NCBI RefSeq assembly: GCF_036365525.1
Contig: NC_090391.1
Span: forward strand, 34,864,591-34,928,590
From: Heterodontus francisci
Taxonomy: Eukaryota
Direction of reading: 5' to 3'
DNA length: 64,000 bases
Made by a program: the position numbers and the translations under genes. Within the stretch, counting starts at the first letter, position 1. Each line of letters opens with the position of its first letter. The notes beneath the pieces were generated by a model that ran no database searches, was not told where the DNA came from, and saw nothing but the letters and a program-made list of their open reading frames with translations. Shown one piece after another: positions 61,531-64,000 of the stretch.

Positions 61531-64000
61531 GTCCCAGAAAGCCCTGAGGAACTCCACGGTCAACCCATCCAGCCCTGGGGATTTGGCACTTGAGAGCTGG
61601 TGGAGGGCGCCAGTCAGCTCCGCCAACGTGACCGGAGCCTCCAATCCTTCGGTGCCCTCCGGGCTGACCTGCAGCAGGTCCTCCCACAAAACTCTGCACG
61701 CATTCTCGCTGGACGGATCCGGAGAGAACAACGCACTGTAATAAGTACGGACCAGGAACCCCATTCCCTCCGGATCCCTGATGGAGGATCCGTCGTTGGC
61801 CAGCAGCTCGATGAGCTGCTGACGGACCCCCCCCCCCCCGCCATTTTCCCAGCGAGTAGAAGAAGGGTGAGGCGCGGTCCAAATCTTCCAGGATCTGGAT
61901 CCGCGACCTCACGACCTCGGGACCCTATGAGCTGCAGGTCCCTCAGCGCGCCTTCTCTTTGTACGCCTGCCACAGGGCCGGGTCCGCGACGGCATGACCG
62001 AGGTGGGACTCCAAGTCGAGCACCTCCCTCTCAAGGCGCCCGATCTCGGCTTCACGCCTCTTGGTACTCCTGACAGAAGATGCGGATGTGAGTCTTGCCC
62101 ACATCCCACCATAGCCTCAAGGAGGGGAAGCCCCACTGCTTCCTTCTCCAGTCGTCCCAGAATCCACATAACGAGTCCCGAATTCGCTCGTCCTCCAGCA
62201 GCCGGTTGTTACAGTGCCAGTAGGCGGAAAACGCCCGCGGGCGGAGCGGAGTGAACGCCGCCCACACCAGGCCGTGGTCTGAGCACGGCACCAGCCGCAT
62301 GGAGGCCGCCGAGATGCAGGAGATGTACACCTGCGAAAAGTAGAGGCGAAAAGATTCGCGACCCTACCCCTCCAGACCTCCACGTGAAGGCGCTCGAGTC
62401 GGGATGGAAATTCCGCAATATGTCCACCAAGTTAAGGGAGCTGATCTGTCCCCGCAACTTCTCCACCGACGGTTGGCCGCGCTGGGGACCGGAGCGATCC
62501 CCCATCTCGAGGGTGCAGTTAAAATCCCCCCCGAGGATGATGCACTCGCCGCTCTCGATGGAGCTCAAGAGAGCGGACACTTCTTCAAAGAAGCGCGCTT
62601 GCAACACGCCGGGCCTGTGCGCGTACACGTTCACAAAGTGGAGCGGCACGCTAGCCAGGCGAACGGCGAGGTGGAGCAAGTGGCCCGGCACTAGCTCCTT
62701 GCCCCCTAAGATCTGCGGCTGAAAAGACGGGGCCAACAAGATAGCCACCCCACTAGAAATAGGGTTGAGGTGACTCATGTAGACCCCACCCTGCCACTCC
62801 AGGAGCCAGGTGGCTTCGTCTCCCGGAACGGTGTGGGTTTCCTGCAGAAAGCTCACCGCGTATTTCCCTTCCCTGAGGACTGAGATATTGTGAAATCTGC
62901 GGTGAGACCCCCTGCTGCCGTTAGAGTTGAGGCTGGCTATGGTTATCTTCATGTCAAAGGTACTTAAAACCAACAGCTCACTGTGGGGAGGGAGTGGAAG
63001 TGAACCTGGCCTTCCACTCCCCCAGCAACCCATTGAGGAACACATTAAAACGGCACCTCTCAACCAGTTTCACGCCCGCGCGATTGCCCGCTTTCTTCAG
63101 GGTGGCACGGACGGACTGTATGATCAGCGCCGGATTCGACCAACGGCCGAGGGCCAGCTGAACTTTATCGTGGCAACCCCTGCAAGCCGCGAGAAAATCC
63201 CGGAGTTCCGCCGTGGGGATGAGTGGAGAATCGGACGGAGGCACGAGGGACTCCACCACCTCACTGCCAATGGAATCAAGGTCATCCTCCGTGCCCCACA
63301 CCGAATCCCCATCCTCCTCCGGGTCGTCACCGCCAGCGGCCGACACATCCACCACACACTGTGGGGCGGACGTCCCGGCCGCGCCAGCTGGTCCTGCCTC
63401 TGTCACGATCCCACCCCCAGGATCGATGGCTGAGGAATCCTCTCTGGGTTCTATTGTGAAAATGGAGCCTGTGGGCGCCAGCAGTTCAGGACCCCCCTCC
63501 ACCTCCGTCCCCAGGCCAACGAGTGGTCCAGGGGAGACAGAAGTTCACGACTCCGGAAATCCAGCCAGAGCAGAGACCGGAGGCGGAGAGAGGAGGCCAT
63601 CTCCCGCTCCGCCAGCACCCTCAGGCCCAGCAGATGGGGCAGCATTCTCAGTTATAACCGGGTCGGGTGTCTCCTGGTTGGTGGTGGACTCCGGCTGGGA
63701 GGGCAGACCCTCTGGGGCCTCACCCTCCCCTTCACTCAGGGCACCCGACCCAGTAGCAGTGGCAGAATGGGCGGCGTCCCCAGGCTCCCCCACCACAAGC
63801 ACGGCCCCACTTACTCCTTCAGGAGGGGCCTCAAGTGCCGGGGCCTTCCCCTCCCCTCCATCCTGAGGAATAGGGTGCTCCTGCCTGGACTTTGTAACCT
63901 TGGTGCTGGCGGTAGGGGAAACCTTGGGACCCGAAACAGGAGGCAGCTTCCCTCCAACAATGGGCCCTGTGCCTCAGGGCCCCTTGTCACCTCTGTGGAG
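61531..64000 (-). mobile_element. Tx1-like LINE copy A (ORF1 3' part, APE; 3' part missing; continues past the window)
   Basis: Low-complexity ORF1 ends at 62978. ORF2 ATG at 62952 MKITIASLN...LQETH...GGDFNC; ends at KSPGLDGLTVEF..AFWD. Confidence 0.88.

Noticed and set aside
58896-63866. Numerous overlapping long ORFs on both strands
   Set aside because: These are by-products of the GC-rich Tx1 sequence; only the minus-strand ORF1/ORF2 frames carry motifs.

Overview
This is vertebrate DNA, almost certainly from a cartilaginous fish (shark or ray), judged from HE1/V-SINE-like SINEs, esterase-ORF1 CR1 LINEs and a two-exon GPR139-like receptor. Most short ORFs in the track are noise. Host-gene content is limited to the 3' exons of a probably pseudogenised Ig-superfamily inhibitory receptor (Ig domain, TM, ITIM, ITSM; 9-10339) and a decaying GPR139/142-like GPCR cluster (20534-33890). 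The rest is repeats: one intact full-length CR1 LINE (~16080-20480), many truncated CR1s, a second CR1/L2/Jockey-group LINE family with a tRNA-like head, RTE, L2 and Penelope remnants with hammerhead cores, a solo LTR, two tandem Tx1-like LINEs and several minisatellites. Two observations stand out. (1) The intact CR1 has the canonical -1 frameshift heptamer U_UUA_AAC immediately before the ORF1 stop, an ORF2 in the -1 frame with no usable AUG, and a 5'UTR segment complementary to the sequence 5 nt downstream of the slip site. (2) The Tx1-like LINE appears to target one exact position in a shark tandem-repeat unit, leaving repeated poly(A)-only scars with ~32-bp duplications. All calls were made by eye, and repeat boundaries are approximate.
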